Source of the DNA: Thermofilaceae archaeon
Lineage (GTDB): Archaea; Thermoproteota; Thermoprotei; Thermofilales; Thermofilaceae
NCBI GenBank assembly: GCA_038861545.1
Contig: JAWCCZ010000001.1
Span: forward strand, 384,001-448,000
Length of the DNA stretch: 64,000 bases
Reading direction: 5' to 3'
Shown: positions 38,531 to 48,858 of the stretch, in pieces
Layout: the number at the start of each line of letters is the position of its first letter
Numbering within the stretch: the first letter of the stretch is position 1
Program-made: the position numbers and the translations under genes
The notes under the pieces: generated by a model
Databases searched by the model: none
What the model was told of the DNA's origin: nothing
Seen by the model: only the letters and a program-made list of their open reading frames with translations

Positions 38531-39571
38531 ATGAAGGTCTGGTTGGATGCTCTAACCCCCAAGCAGGGTAGACTTATTGCAAGTCTGGCTAACGTGCTTA
38601 AGGAAGACGGATATGAAGTACTGGTCACGTGCCGAGATTATGAGTGCACGTACTTTTCGATTAAACTGTATGGCTTAGAGCCGGTGGTAGTCGGCATACA
38701 CGGTGGATCCACGAATTTGGGTAAGCTCGTAGCCGATGGGGAAAGAATACTTGCATTATCAAGGCTTGTGGATTCCTTTAAGCCACATGTTTTGATCTCC
38801 TATCCGAATCCTTCAGCAAGTAGAGTTGCTTTCGGTTTGGGCTCAAAGTACGTAGCTTTTAACGATACTCCTCATGCTGTAGCTGCCAACAGGTTAGCCC
38901 TACCTCTATGCGACGCGCTAGTAGCTTCGGAGGCGTTGCAAGGCGATTTCGACAGTTTCCTGCTACCCGGTACGCGGGTTACATACTACAAAGGTGTCGA
39001 TGAAGCTATCTGGGTTAAACGGTTTATTCCTAAAGGGATCACAGCTCGAGGGCTCAACTTAGAGGAAAGGCGCTATGTTATAGTAAGGCCCGAGGAGTAC
39101 AAGGCGGCTTATTACTCGTGGGAGGGATGGAGTTGGCTTGAACTATGCGAAGAGCTTAAAAGAAAAGGGTTCAGCGTTGTGGTACTCCCAAGGTATGAGG
39201 AGCAGCGGTTAGCGGCTCTAAAACGGGGTTTCACAGTCCCCTCATCCTGCATCGATGGAATGGATTTAACATACTACGCTGCAGCTGTTGTGACAGGGGG
39301 TGGGACGATGGCTCGGGAAGCTGCACTTCTTGGCGTACCCTCCTACTATATGTTCCCCTTAGAGCTGAAGGTCAGCAACCTTGTCTCAGCGATAGGCTTC
39401 CCTTTAAAGAGATGGAGGGGGAGCCCACGCGAACTGGCAGAAGAGATAGCGAGCATAGAGATTAGTGAAATCGAGGAATCTATTCTTAAAGCCAAAAGTT
39501 TGCTGGATAAAATAGAGACGCCTGAAAAAATTCTAGCTGGGATTTTAACAGATCTTTTAGGCTCAAACTAA
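38531..39571 (+). CDS. DUF354 GT-B-like protein
   Basis: KVWLDALTPKQ, NDTPHA, GVDE, VRPEE..AAY, GGGTMAREAALLGVP. Confidence 0.92.
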   Translation: MKVWLDALTPKQGRLIASLANVLKEDGYEVLVTCRDYECTYFSIKLYGLEPVVVGIHGGSTNLGKLVADGERILALSRLVDSFKPHVLISYPNPSASRVAFGLGSKYVAFNDTPHAVAANRLALPLCDALVASEALQGDFDSFLLPGTRVTYYKGVDEAIWVKRFIPKGITARGLNLEERRYVIVRPEEYKAAYYSWEGWSWLELCEELKRKGFSVVVLPRYEEQRLAALKRGFTVPSSCIDGMDLTYYAAAVVTGGGTMAREAALLGVPSYYMFPLELKVSNLVSAIGFPLKRWRGSPRELAEEIASIEISEIEESILKAKSLLDKIETPEKILAGILTDLLGSN

Positions 39572-40633
39572 CAGCTCGCGCGGGAGCTTTACCTCAACTT
39601 CTTTGCCTTTACTGGCTGATTCATAGATAGTTTCAAGGATAAACTGCTCTATAACGATCTCGCGCGGATCTATCGGAGGAGGTCCACCTTTTCTTACAGC
39701 TTCGACAAAGGCTTTTACTTTCTCCCTATAGGTGTCAACTTGAGGTAACATAAGCGTAGTCGTAGTCATGTAACCCCACTCATCTCTGTAAACTTCTAAG
39801 GGGGACAGCTTTAAACCACCCTTGGTACCAAGGAAGAAAGCCGACCCAATGCTGTTTGAATGCATCGCCCAAGATTCTTTCAGGACTACCGAGCAGCCCC
39901 CCTCCAGTCTGATGAACGCGACAGCGAAGTCCTCAACTTCAAAATCCTCTGGGTTCCAGCTCCATCCGCATTCAACAACGGAGTTTTTCTGAGGGCCGAT
40001 TGCAGCTTCAACGGCTGCTGACACGCTTACGGGGCGGGGAAATCCCAAGATATGCATTGCATTATCGATTGCATAACAGCCTAAGTCAAGTACAACTCCA
40101 CCACCGGCTAACTCGCGTTTCAAGAATGTGGCTGAACCTGGTATACCCCTCCTTCTCCCACCCAGGGTTGCTTCGCAATAGTATATTTTACCTAGCGAAC
40201 CCGAAGCTACGATTCTTTTAGCTGCAACAATTTCAGGAGACCATCTGCTCTGGAAACCGACCATTAGAATTCTTCCACTCTCCTTAGCTGCCTTCCACAT
40301 TTCCAGCGCGTCAGCGGCTCTTGAAGCCATAGGTTTTTCAACATGCACATGAATCCCCTTTCTAAGAGCCTCGATAGTTGGTTTGGCATGGACCCCGTGC
40401 GGAGTACACACGCTTACAGCATCAAGCTGGACGCTTTGAAGCATTCTTGAATAATCAGTGAAAACATTCTTCTCTGGTACACCCCATCTCTTTGCAAAGT
40501 CAATAGCCCTTTTCTCATCGATATCAGCTACGGCTATGAGCTCCACATCTGGCAGCTCTTTATAGTATCGCGCGTGGATGTTAGCTATTCCTCCAGTGCC
40601 TATAATACCCACCTTAACGCAATCTTCCTTCAC
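39563..40633 (-). CDS. Gfo/Idh/MocA oxidoreductase
   Basis: GIIGTGGIA, VCTPHGVH, HVHVEKPMA, GGGVVLDLGCY. Confidence 0.95.
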   Translation of the reverse strand: MKEDCVKVGIIGTGGIANIHARYYKELPDVELIAVADIDEKRAIDFAKRWGVPEKNVFTDYSRMLQSVQLDAVSVCTPHGVHAKPTIEALRKGIHVHVEKPMASRAADALEMWKAAKESGRILMVGFQSRWSPEIVAAKRIVASGSLGKIYYCEATLGGRRRGIPGSATFLKRELAGGGVVLDLGCYAIDNAMHILGFPRPVSVSAAVEAAIGPQKNSVVECGWSWNPEDFEVEDFAVAFIRLEGGCSVVLKESWAMHSNSIGSAFFLGTKGGLKLSPLEVYRDEWGYMTTTTLMLPQVDTYREKVKAFVEAVRKGGPPPIDPREIVIEQFILETIYESASKGKEVEVKLPRELLV

Positions 40634-40772
40634 AGAATGAATCGCTAAATTCTCCGGTAATAATGCATACCCTTTGTAAAACCTTAAAATAGAATATTAT
40701 TTTTAAGTTCTCTATATTTACCACAATTTCGTCTCTATTGTTTTCTTAAGAGCTTAAATTATACTGTGATTT

Positions 40773-41858
40773 TTAACTGTCTTTTATTGCCGCGTAATCC
40801 TCGTAAGTCAGCTCCTTACCTCCGCGTTTAAGCAGAACGTATACAGCTAAAGCTATAATTATGGCAGCTACAGCTAATGCTACTAGCACTGGTAGGGTTA
40901 TCCGCAGTTGCGTAGCTGGTGGTTTTACCTTATCATTCTCGGAAAGGGAGGCCTCTGTCCTGCCGAGGAGCTTACTTCCGGAATAAAGTTCAACTTCAAC
41001 TGGAACGTTTATACTAGGGAATAATAATTCTCTTTCACCATCTAGTGGAAGGTAGACTTTTCTAGCCTGCTCGAAATCTTCGGAGAAAGCCCTTATGTAA
41101 ACATAGCCCCCAACATTATCTAGGTTCCTGACTTTTACGTGAAGCCCCTCTTTTCCAACCCACGCACCGGTTATCTCAGCGGTGATCTCTGGTGGTTCTC
41201 CCAAGTATTTAAAGCCCGGGATAGAAAGTGTAAATACGTAAAAGTCGGGCGCCTCCAACTCATTGAAGTTAACCCATCTTAGTAAGCTGCCTGTCTTCGT
41301 CTCGGGTCCATGAGCAAACGGGGGTTCCCAGCGATAGTCTTGGACCTCAACGTTTTCGAAGTAGAGTTCTAGCACGTCTATCCAACTTCGAGGATCAGCG
41401 CTGGTAAAGCTGTCCCTGATTTTTACTTCAAACAAACTGTTATTGAGTGATCTAACGTAATTGCTCGTGTTAAGATAAGCTTCAACTCTCAGCAAGTAAG
41501 CCCCCCTGAACTCTGTTAGCTGTCCGGTGTTAGCTACATCGCAGAGCACAGTCTCGTCTTCTCTCCTCTCCATTCTAGCGGTAACCCTGTACTTAAGAAG
41601 CCTAGGGTTATCCGTGAGCATCATGACCATCTGGTTAGTCATCTCTTCGGAGCCTTCGATTAGGTCCGACTCAACCTCTTTTTCTCCCACGAGACTAACG
41701 CCGTTGATAGAAAACGGGTGAAGCTTTGCCTCGATTTCAACTATTCCGCTTTCTTTGAAAGTTACCTTGAAGTTGAGCGCGATCCAGTATGGGGGTTGCG
41801 CGTAAACCGTAAATGACGCGGCAATTAGTACGCACAAAGCTAGTATAACAGCTCTCAC
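40773..41858 (-). CDS. Secreted protein with C-terminal membrane anchor
   Basis: Signal peptide ending VYA, beta-rich body, terminal TM plus KRGGK; 4-nt overlap with the transglutaminase gene. Confidence 0.75.
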   Translation of the reverse strand: MRAVILALCVLIAASFTVYAQPPYWIALNFKVTFKESGIVEIEAKLHPFSINGVSLVGEKEVESDLIEGSEEMTNQMVMMLTDNPRLLKYRVTARMERREDETVLCDVANTGQLTEFRGAYLLRVEAYLNTSNYVRSLNNSLFEVKIRDSFTSADPRSWIDVLELYFENVEVQDYRWEPPFAHGPETKTGSLLRWVNFNELEAPDFYVFTLSIPGFKYLGEPPEITAEITGAWVGKEGLHVKVRNLDNVGGYVYIRAFSEDFEQARKVYLPLDGERELLFPSINVPVEVELYSGSKLLGRTEASLSENDKVKPPATQLRITLPVLVALAVAAIIIALAVYVLLKRGGKELTYEDYAAIKDS

Positions 41859-42847
41859 TGTTCCTCCCCCTCGAACGTGTAATCGACATACTGCAACGTT
41901 AAGTAGCTTGGAATACAGCTGCTCGACAAGCCCGACCCGTAGTATTTCGTTTCCTCAACGCCTAGAATTATGTGCCTAGCGCTGTAGACTCCTACATTCG
42001 GCTGTAAACCGTCGAGCATGTCTACATCTACCCATCCGAAGGGAATCACGTAAACCTGAGGCCATATATGCCCACCCCAGTGCTCCAGTATTCTGTCTCC
42101 CTCGAGCTCCATCGTCGTCATGTTTAGCCAATAGGTATCATGGTAGCTTTCCAGCAATAACCCGTACGCGGTTCGAGCCGGTAGCCCTAGGATCCTAGCC
42201 ATGGTCACGTACACGTCTGCCACCTCCACGCAATCGCCGGTGATGGAGTAATCCCACCACCAGGAGACGGCGTGGTCGCTGCCCAACCGTCCGAAGTTCA
42301 CCTTATAGTTAACTTTCTGTACAACCCATTCGGCCAGCTTTCTCGCGATTTCGAGCGGCCTATCCGCAAACGCGGTTTTATATGCTAACTCAATGAGTGT
42401 GCTGTTATAAATGTTCCAGTATCCTGTGGAAGACGTATACTTTCTTACGAGATCCAAGGGGGGCCATTCCCCCGAATGCATTTCCTCGTTTATAGAGTAA
42501 GCCTTAACTTCGACAACATAAGTCGCGTTAATCCAAACCCGTGCACCTGGCTCCGCAGCGATTTGAACAACCGTGTACACATTACCGTCATCGTCTCTCA
42601 GGAATTGGATAGGCTGAGGACTCATTGAAACCACTCTGCTGGTTTGAAAAGTAGTGTTTTGGGGCAACGAAACGTAAACGTAGTCAGTGACTGTGAAATT
42701 ATTACTATTTACCAGGAGGAAGCGCGCCCTAATTTGGTAAATAACCGTTGTTTTAACAGTATGGGTTTCAACTGCCGTCGGAGAGCACGCTAGTGGAAAT
42801 AGGAAACTAACCACAACGATGCCTGAAATCAGCACAGATATTTTCAT
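41855..42847 (-). CDS. Secreted transglutaminase-like protein
   Basis: GDCVEVADVYVTMARILGLPAR, HIWPQVYV and GWVDVD give a Cys-His-Asp triad. Likely start is MKISVL at 42847 (the ORF is open to 42937). Confidence 0.88.
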   Translation of the reverse strand: MKISVLISGIVVVSFLFPLACSPTAVETHTVKTTVIYQIRARFLLVNSNNFTVTDYVYVSLPQNTTFQTSRVVSMSPQPIQFLRDDDGNVYTVVQIAAEPGARVWINATYVVEVKAYSINEEMHSGEWPPLDLVRKYTSSTGYWNIYNSTLIELAYKTAFADRPLEIARKLAEWVVQKVNYKVNFGRLGSDHAVSWWWDYSITGDCVEVADVYVTMARILGLPARTAYGLLLESYHDTYWLNMTTMELEGDRILEHWGGHIWPQVYVIPFGWVDVDMLDGLQPNVGVYSARHIILGVEETKYYGSGLSSSCIPSYLTLQYVDYTFEGEEQ

Positions 42848-42994
42848 CAGTATCTTCTCGATGATAGGTTTAACTGCAATATATTTTTGATGCACTCTTG
42901 GTTCGCAATTAACGACTAGGCTAGGTAGCGGAGACATAAACCCCGGTGAAATCCATAAATGCCGTAAATTCTTAGTTGAAAAAAGGTCCTCGCG

Positions 42995-44011
42995 TTAAGC
43001 CTGGAACGCTTTCAGCTTCAATGCATCACCGATGAAGAGTTCCTCCCACCTATGGCAAGCAACTAGATGAGACTTTGCCGCCTCGGCTAGTTCCGGTTCT
43101 TCTGTTCTGCATTTTTCCTTTGCGTACGGGCATCTAGGGTGGAAGCGGCAACCCGGAGGCGGGTTGATTGGACTTGCCACTTCTCCCTCGAGAGTTACTT
43201 TCACTCTGTTTCTCTTCTTGGGGTCTGGGAGTGGTACAGAGGAGAAGAGGGCCGCTGTGTAGGGGTGCAGAGGTGTAGCGAATAGCTCTTTTCGGGGAGC
43301 TACTTCAACGAGCTTACCCAAGTACATAACTCCTACGCAGTCGCTCATATACTCTACAACCAAAATGTTATGGGAGATGAACAAGTAGGTTAGCGAATAC
43401 TTTGATTGAAGCTCCTTGAGGAGCCTCAAGATTCTGGCCTGAACAGATACATCTAAGGATGACGTGGGCTCGTCTAGGATCAGGAATTTAGGACGCAAGG
43501 CTAAGGCTCTCGCAATAGCAACGCGTTGCCTTTGACCCCCGCTCAGCTCGTGCGGGTACCTATCTAAATACTCGGTTCCTAAGCCCACCTCGCCTAGGGC
43601 TTCCACAACCTTCTCTTTAACTTCCGAATCGTTTAGATTGAAGTGGAATTTTACTGGTTCACCGACGATTTCCCTTATCCGCATGCGTGGGTGTAACGAA
43701 GTGTAAGGATCTTGGAAAACTATCTGCATATGCCGCCTAAGCTCACGCAATTTTTCCCCGTTTAACGCGGTTACATCGATACTATCGAAGTGTATTCTGC
43801 CGTTGTCGGGCTCTACAAGGCGGAGAACAACTCTGGCTAAAGTGGACTTACCGCAGCCGGATTCGCCGACAAGGCCAAAGGTGCTTCCTTTCTCGATACT
43901 GAACGTCACTCCATCGACGGCTTTCAAGTAGCCAATTACTCTACGGAAGATGCCAGCTTTTACTGGATAATACTTTCGTAGCTGTTCAACTTTGACAAGC
44001 TCGTTCGGCAT
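42995..44011 (-). CDS. dppF: Dpp/Opp ABC transporter ATPase
   Basis: GESGCGKST, LSGGQRQR, LILDEPTS, and the oligo-HPY C-terminus PPPGCRFHPRC. Confidence 0.95.
   Translation of the reverse strand: MPNELVKVEQLRKYYPVKAGIFRRVIGYLKAVDGVTFSIEKGSTFGLVGESGCGKSTLARVVLRLVEPDNGRIHFDSIDVTALNGEKLRELRRHMQIVFQDPYTSLHPRMRIREIVGEPVKFHFNLNDSEVKEKVVEALGEVGLGTEYLDRYPHELSGGQRQRVAIARALALRPKFLILDEPTSSLDVSVQARILRLLKELQSKYSLTYLFISHNILVVEYMSDCVGVMYLGKLVEVAPRKELFATPLHPYTAALFSSVPLPDPKKRNRVKVTLEGEVASPINPPPGCRFHPRCPYAKEKCRTEEPELAEAAKSHLVACHRWEELFIGDALKLKAFQA
43090..43165. repeat. 76-bp exact direct repeat, copy 1 (copy 2 at 44078-44153)
   Basis: GTTCCGGTTCTTCTGTTCTGCATTTTTCCTTTGCGTACGGGCATCTAGGGTGGAAGCGGCAACCCGGAGGCGGGTT is identical in dppF and dppD. 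Confidence 0.95.
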
Positions 44012-44987
44012 GTAAGCTCACCTTCTCCGAACTGTACAGGTGGCAAACTACAACCCTGCCCGGCTTAACTTCAATGGGTTCCGGTTCTTCTGTTCTGCAT
44101 TTTTCCTTTGCGTACGGGCATCTAGGGTGGAAGCGGCAACCCGGAGGCGGGTTCTCCAGGTTGGGGGGTTCACCATCGATTCCTCGCAAGCTTTCCCCAG
44201 CTTTCGGTATGGCTGAAAGGAGCCCTTCACTGTAAGGGTGTAAAGGCTCTTCGAACACTTCATATACGTCTCCGATTTCAGCTATCTTTCCCGCGTACAT
44301 CACAACGAGCCTATCGCTTACTTCTGCCGCTACTCCCAAGTCATGGGTTATGAATAGCGCTGTGGTGTTAAACTGTTTAACCATCCTGTTAATTAATTCT
44401 AAAATTTGAGCTTGAACGCTAACATCTAACGCGGAAGTCGGCTCATCAGCTATTAGAAGCTTCGGCTTGAGGAGAAGCGCCATAGCTATCATCACGCGCT
44501 GGGCCATGCCTCCGCTCAGCTCGTGCGGGTACCTATCTAATAGGTTATCAGCATCCGGCAGGCCAACCTTGTTCAGCATCTCGATTACAGCCTTATATGC
44601 TTCATCCCCAGAAGCCCTGGTGTGAGCCTCTATAGCCTCCCTTAGCTGGAAACCTATCGTTAAAAGAGGGTTAAGCGCAGCTTTCGGCTCTTGGAAAATC
44701 ATTGCTATTTCCTTTCCTCTAATACTGCACATCTCCATTTCACTCAGCTTTAGAAGGTTCAGACCATTGTAGAAGACAGCGCCTTTGACTGTACACGTGT
44801 CGGAGGGGAGGAGCCGCATGACAGCTAGCGCGACTGTGCTTTTCCCTGAGCCCGTTTCTCCCACCAAGCTCACTATTTCGCCACTTTTCAACGAGAAAGA
44901 AACTCTCTCCAAGGCTCGTATAACGCCATTCCTAGATCGATAGTGGACAGTTAAAGAGTCTACCCTAAGCAGAACATCGTTTCTCAT
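43986..44987 (-). CDS. dppD: Dpp/Opp ABC transporter ATPase
   Basis: GETGSGKST, LSGGMAQR, LIADEPTS; start ATG 44987 overlaps the dppC stop. Confidence 0.95.
   Translation of the reverse strand: MRNDVLLRVDSLTVHYRSRNGVIRALERVSFSLKSGEIVSLVGETGSGKSTVALAVMRLLPSDTCTVKGAVFYNGLNLLKLSEMEMCSIRGKEIAMIFQEPKAALNPLLTIGFQLREAIEAHTRASGDEAYKAVIEMLNKVGLPDADNLLDRYPHELSGGMAQRVMIAMALLLKPKLLIADEPTSALDVSVQAQILELINRMVKQFNTTALFITHDLGVAAEVSDRLVVMYAGKIAEIGDVYEVFEEPLHPYSEGLLSAIPKAGESLRGIDGEPPNLENPPPGCRFHPRCPYAKEKCRTEEPEPIEVKPGRVVVCHLYSSEKVSLHAERACQS
44078..44153. repeat. 76-bp exact direct repeat, copy 2
   Basis: Identical to 43090-43165. Confidence 0.95.
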
Positions 44988-45829
44988 TTCAGCTTCACCT
45001 CTAATACATCTCGTAAGGAGTCGCCCAGCAGGTTGAAACCTAAGGCGGAAGCCATAATGGCTAAACCCGGGAGAGTAGATACCCACCAGTGCGTAGCTAT
45101 GTAAAGTCTACCCTCGCTGACCATAAGCCCCCACTCAGGTGTTGGTGGAGCGGCTCCAAGTCCAAGGAACCCGAGCCCCGCGTTAAGCAGCACAACTCCC
45201 CCAAAGTCCAGAGTGGCTTGGACGATTACTGCGTGCGCTACCATCGGTAAAACGTGTTTGAGTATTATGCGAGCATCGTTTAGGCCAAGCGCCTTAGCGG
45301 CTTCTATGTAAACTTCTCCTTTCACCTGCAAAGTGCAGGCCCGAACCAGCCTAGCGTAAACCGGCCATGAAACAACCGCTATAGCCAGCATGGCGTTTAA
45401 AAGGCCGGGTCCTATAGCAGCGCCTACAGCCATAGCGAGTATCAACCGGGGGAATGCGAAGAACACGTCGGTTACTCGCATTAAAGTCTCATCTACTAAT
45501 CCACCGAAATATCCGGCTGTGAGCCCCAGCAGAAGCCCAAGCGTAGCAGATAGTGAAATAACTAGGATCGCAGCCGCTAGTGATATCCTGCAGCCGTAGA
45601 GTATCCTACTCAGAATATCTCTGCCTAGGTGATCCGTCCCTAGAGGGTACTTCGCGCTTGGCGGCTGCAGCCGGTCGCTCATTACTTGTTTATAAGGGTC
45701 GTAGGGCGCCAGCAGAGGTCCTATAGCGGCTAGTAAGCAGATGCTTAGAATTATCGCAGAACCGACTATTCCTCCTGGGTTTGACATAACCTTCCGCGTA
45801 ACGTTCAACAATCCTGTAAGGGAAGCCAT
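44984..45829 (-). CDS. dppC: Dpp/Opp ABC permease
   Basis: LGTDHLGRDILSRILYG, YIEAAKALG (EAA motif), PTPEWG. Confidence 0.95.
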   Translation of the reverse strand: MASLTGLLNVTRKVMSNPGGIVGSAIILSICLLAAIGPLLAPYDPYKQVMSDRLQPPSAKYPLGTDHLGRDILSRILYGCRISLAAAILVISLSATLGLLLGLTAGYFGGLVDETLMRVTDVFFAFPRLILAMAVGAAIGPGLLNAMLAIAVVSWPVYARLVRACTLQVKGEVYIEAAKALGLNDARIILKHVLPMVAHAVIVQATLDFGGVVLLNAGLGFLGLGAAPPTPEWGLMVSEGRLYIATHWWVSTLPGLAIMASALGFNLLGDSLRDVLEVKLK

Positions 45830-45833
45830 CCTA

Positions 45834-46853
45834 TCACCCGTATCTGATGCGCGGATCTAAGTACGCGTAAACTAAGTCGACTGCCAGGTTGGTGAGCGAG
45901 TAGATGATAGCTACAAATATTGTAACACCGGTTACAGCCATGTAATCTAGGCAGAGGAACGCGTTAGTCGAGTACCTGCCTAATCCTGACCATGCGAATA
46001 TTGTTTCCGTCATCACAGCACCCTCCAGTAAACCGCCGTAAGTTACGCCGATTACGGTCACTACCGGTACCATAGCGTTTCTTAGTACATGCCTTAATAC
46101 GAGAAGCCTCTCAATAAGGCCTTTAGCTCTAGCAGCCCTAACGTGTTCGCCCCCCAGCACCTCCAAGGTGCTTGACCTAGTTATGCGGGCAATCCCGGCA
46201 GCGGCATTCCATCCTAAAACGGTGGCCGGCATAATTAAATGGCTCAGCGAGTTGAGAAAGGCATCAAGCCTTCCGGCTATTAAGCTGTCAACAGTCATCA
46301 TACCAGTAACTCTTGGAGGGGGTGGGATGCTGGTATCTAACCTCCCAGGACCAGGTAGCCAGCCTAGGCGGTGGTAGAACACCATCAGCATCAGTAAACC
46401 AAGCCAGAATACAGGCATAGAGGAACCGATGGTCACGAACACGCGGACAGCCTGGTCCAGCCAAGACCCCCTTTTAAGCGCCGAGAGAACACCTAAAGGT
46501 ACACCTAAGCCCACACTTACCAGAAGCGCTGCTGTAGCCAGCTCGACGGTCGCTGGGAAGAATTCAAGCAAATCTTGGGTAACAGGCCTTCCAGTTCTGA
46601 TAGACCTACCGAGGTCTCCTCGAAGCACTCCCAGCGTATAATCGGCGAACTGTTCGTAGATAGGTTTGTCGAACCCCCACTCGCGCCTGATCTTATCCAC
46701 GAGCTCGGGAGGTGCCTGGGGGCCGAGGATAGCCCCTACGGGGTCGGCCGGTATGACGCGAGAAACGATGAACGTCAATACCAGAGCACCGAACAGAACG
46801 GGGAAAGCAAGGATTAACCTTCGAACAATATACGCACTTAAACTCATGAGCAT
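45834..46853 (-). CDS. dppB: Dpp/Opp ABC permease
   Basis: YIVRRL, GDLGRS, FPATVEL, ARAKGL, ETIFAWSGLG, LDPRIRY. Confidence 0.95.
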   Translation of the reverse strand: MLMSLSAYIVRRLILAFPVLFGALVLTFIVSRVIPADPVGAILGPQAPPELVDKIRREWGFDKPIYEQFADYTLGVLRGDLGRSIRTGRPVTQDLLEFFPATVELATAALLVSVGLGVPLGVLSALKRGSWLDQAVRVFVTIGSSMPVFWLGLLMLMVFYHRLGWLPGPGRLDTSIPPPPRVTGMMTVDSLIAGRLDAFLNSLSHLIMPATVLGWNAAAGIARITRSSTLEVLGGEHVRAARAKGLIERLLVLRHVLRNAMVPVVTVIGVTYGGLLEGAVMTETIFAWSGLGRYSTNAFLCLDYMAVTGVTIFVAIIYSLTNLAVDLVYAYLDPRIRYG

Positions 46854-46886
46854 CCACCAGGAAAAAAGGTTAAAGATAAGAGGGGG

Positions 46887-48521
46887 TCATCCATAGACTT
46901 TCTCTTTATAGACCCTCCATAGATCCGGAAGCAGTGACATCGGATCTAGGGTGAACCCCTCTACCCAAGTCCTCAAAGCCAGTATTTCAACGTTTTGATA
47001 TAGAATAGCATAGGGACCCTTATCTACCACATACTCCGTTAGCTCCTTGTATAACGCCAGCCTTTTCTCCCAATTCATTTCCTGCGCTGCCATTTCAGTT
47101 AAGTTAGCCGCGTAGTCATCGTACCAAACGTTGCGCCATGCAAGCTGCCTAGCACGATAGTTTGCGAAAGGTTTAGCTAAAGCGTCAGGGTCTGGGTAAT
47201 CAGCTCCCCATCCAGCCAAAATAAGCTGATGCGCTTGTTGCCTGTATATTTTATACATCTCAGCTGATGTGATTAAGCGGAGGTTGACTTTAATCCCGAT
47301 TTCCTCCAAGTTCTCCTTAATTATCGCGGCTATATCCCTAGCCGGGTACGCTGTAGACGCCAGCATCTCCACTTCAAAGCCGTTCGGGTATCCGGCCTCT
47401 GCTAATAATTGTTTAGCTTTTCCTAGGTCCCTGTAATAAGGCATAAGCGGGTTGTAGCCGGGTATACCTTTATCAATGAACGTTTGAAGCGGCGTCGCTT
47501 GATCCCCTAAGAATCTGAGGATAGCCTCGTAATCGATAGCCCACCTGACCGCATCCCTTACTCTCTCGTCCTTAAAAGGCTCAAAGTTGACGTTCATGGC
47601 TAAATACTCTTTCGTGAAGACGGGAGATGTAGCTATTCTGATCCCTACGACATCTCTAACCCTCCCGACAAGCTCTGTAGTAAGCCCCCACGCTATATCG
47701 ATGTCGCCCCTTTCCAGCATGAGAACTCGGTTAATAGGCTCAGCTACATGCTTGATAACTATGCGTTTCACTCGAGGCTTCTCCCTCCAATAGTTCTCGT
47801 TAGCAATTAGAACAACCTCCGCTTCTCTCTCCCATTTCTCCAGTATGAATGGTCCAGAGCCCGCGGAGTGATCCTTTAACCATTCACTGCCCATGTCACC
47901 CTCTTTCTCATTGGCTAGAACTACGCTCGGGTTAACAACTCCGCTAGTCGTGAAAGCTAAGCACGAGAGGAATATTTGAGGTGCGACTTTTTGACCTAGC
48001 TTGATGTGGATAGTGTAATCATCAACCTTTTCAATACTATCCTCAGTTATACCGAACTGTGTAATCAGCCATGATGGTGTCTTAGCCAGCTTAACTACCC
48101 TCTTCAGGGAAAATGCAACGGCGTCGGCGTTAAGGGGAGATCCGTCGGCGAACGTTACTCCTTTCCTTATACGGAAAATCCATGTAAGGCCGTCGGCGCT
48201 AACCTCCCACGATTCAGCTATCTCAGGAGTTACCTCCATCTGTCCAGTCGAAGGGTTCCATGAGAGCTCCACCAATTTATCGTACAGCTGGTTCACGATC
48301 ATACATCCCTCCAGTTCGTATGCTTCAGCAGGGTCTAGTGATATTATCACGGAGATATCAGTACCCATCACCAACGTGTCGGGGTCGGTCAAAGGTTTCA
48401 GCTGCGGGGCTTGAAGGCGTGTCAAGAAGTAGGCCCAAGATGCAGCTAAGAGAATTAAAGTTACAAAAATAATAATCATGTACATACTAATTTTCCTTGA
48501 AGTACTACGGGGTTTATCCAT
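46887..48521 (-). CDS. dppA: Family 5 solute-binding protein, N-terminally anchored
   Basis: SLDPA, AESWEVSADGLTWIFRIRKGVTFADG, GSGPF, VRDAVRWAID, WGADYPDPD. Confidence 0.93.
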   Translation of the reverse strand: MDKPRSTSRKISMYMIIIFVTLILLAASWAYFLTRLQAPQLKPLTDPDTLVMGTDISVIISLDPAEAYELEGCMIVNQLYDKLVELSWNPSTGQMEVTPEIAESWEVSADGLTWIFRIRKGVTFADGSPLNADAVAFSLKRVVKLAKTPSWLITQFGITEDSIEKVDDYTIHIKLGQKVAPQIFLSCLAFTTSGVVNPSVVLANEKEGDMGSEWLKDHSAGSGPFILEKWEREAEVVLIANENYWREKPRVKRIVIKHVAEPINRVLMLERGDIDIAWGLTTELVGRVRDVVGIRIATSPVFTKEYLAMNVNFEPFKDERVRDAVRWAIDYEAILRFLGDQATPLQTFIDKGIPGYNPLMPYYRDLGKAKQLLAEAGYPNGFEVEMLASTAYPARDIAAIIKENLEEIGIKVNLRLITSAEMYKIYRQQAHQLILAGWGADYPDPDALAKPFANYRARQLAWRNVWYDDYAANLTEMAAQEMNWEKRLALYKELTEYVVDKGPYAILYQNVEILALRTWVEGFTLDPMSLLPDLWRVYKEKVYG

Positions 48522-48858
48522 TCTAACCGTAGGGTAATACAGGTGGCCTATTTAAACATTTTTCATCTTTAAGGATAGCGTTTAAGCTGAATTTCGGTAA
48601 ATGTTAAAGATCAAGCTTACGTAAATCTCGCCTTTAAGAGCGATAACTTGCTCCGGGCAGCGTACCAGGCGCTCGAAAAGTTCCCATCATCTACTTTTCT
48701 TATGCAACAGGTGGAGCCTTCACACCAGCTAGCCGTATTTCTCATACTTTCTACTATAGCCATACCAGCAGAATACTGAATTCATATTCTATTGGTATAG
48801 ACCTGGAAAGGAAAAAGTGAAATCCCAGCCTGTACCATAGAAGTTTTCAGAGGCTTAA

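Noticed and set aside
42995-44987. DppD/DppF as the missing ATPases for the FtsX-type proteins
   Set aside because: They are typical oligopeptide-importer ATPases within a complete dppABCDF operon, not LolD/MacB-type.
44988-45086. N-terminal extension of dppD in the ORF track
   Set aside because: It lies inside dppC; ATG 44987 overlapping the dppC stop is the typical coupled start.
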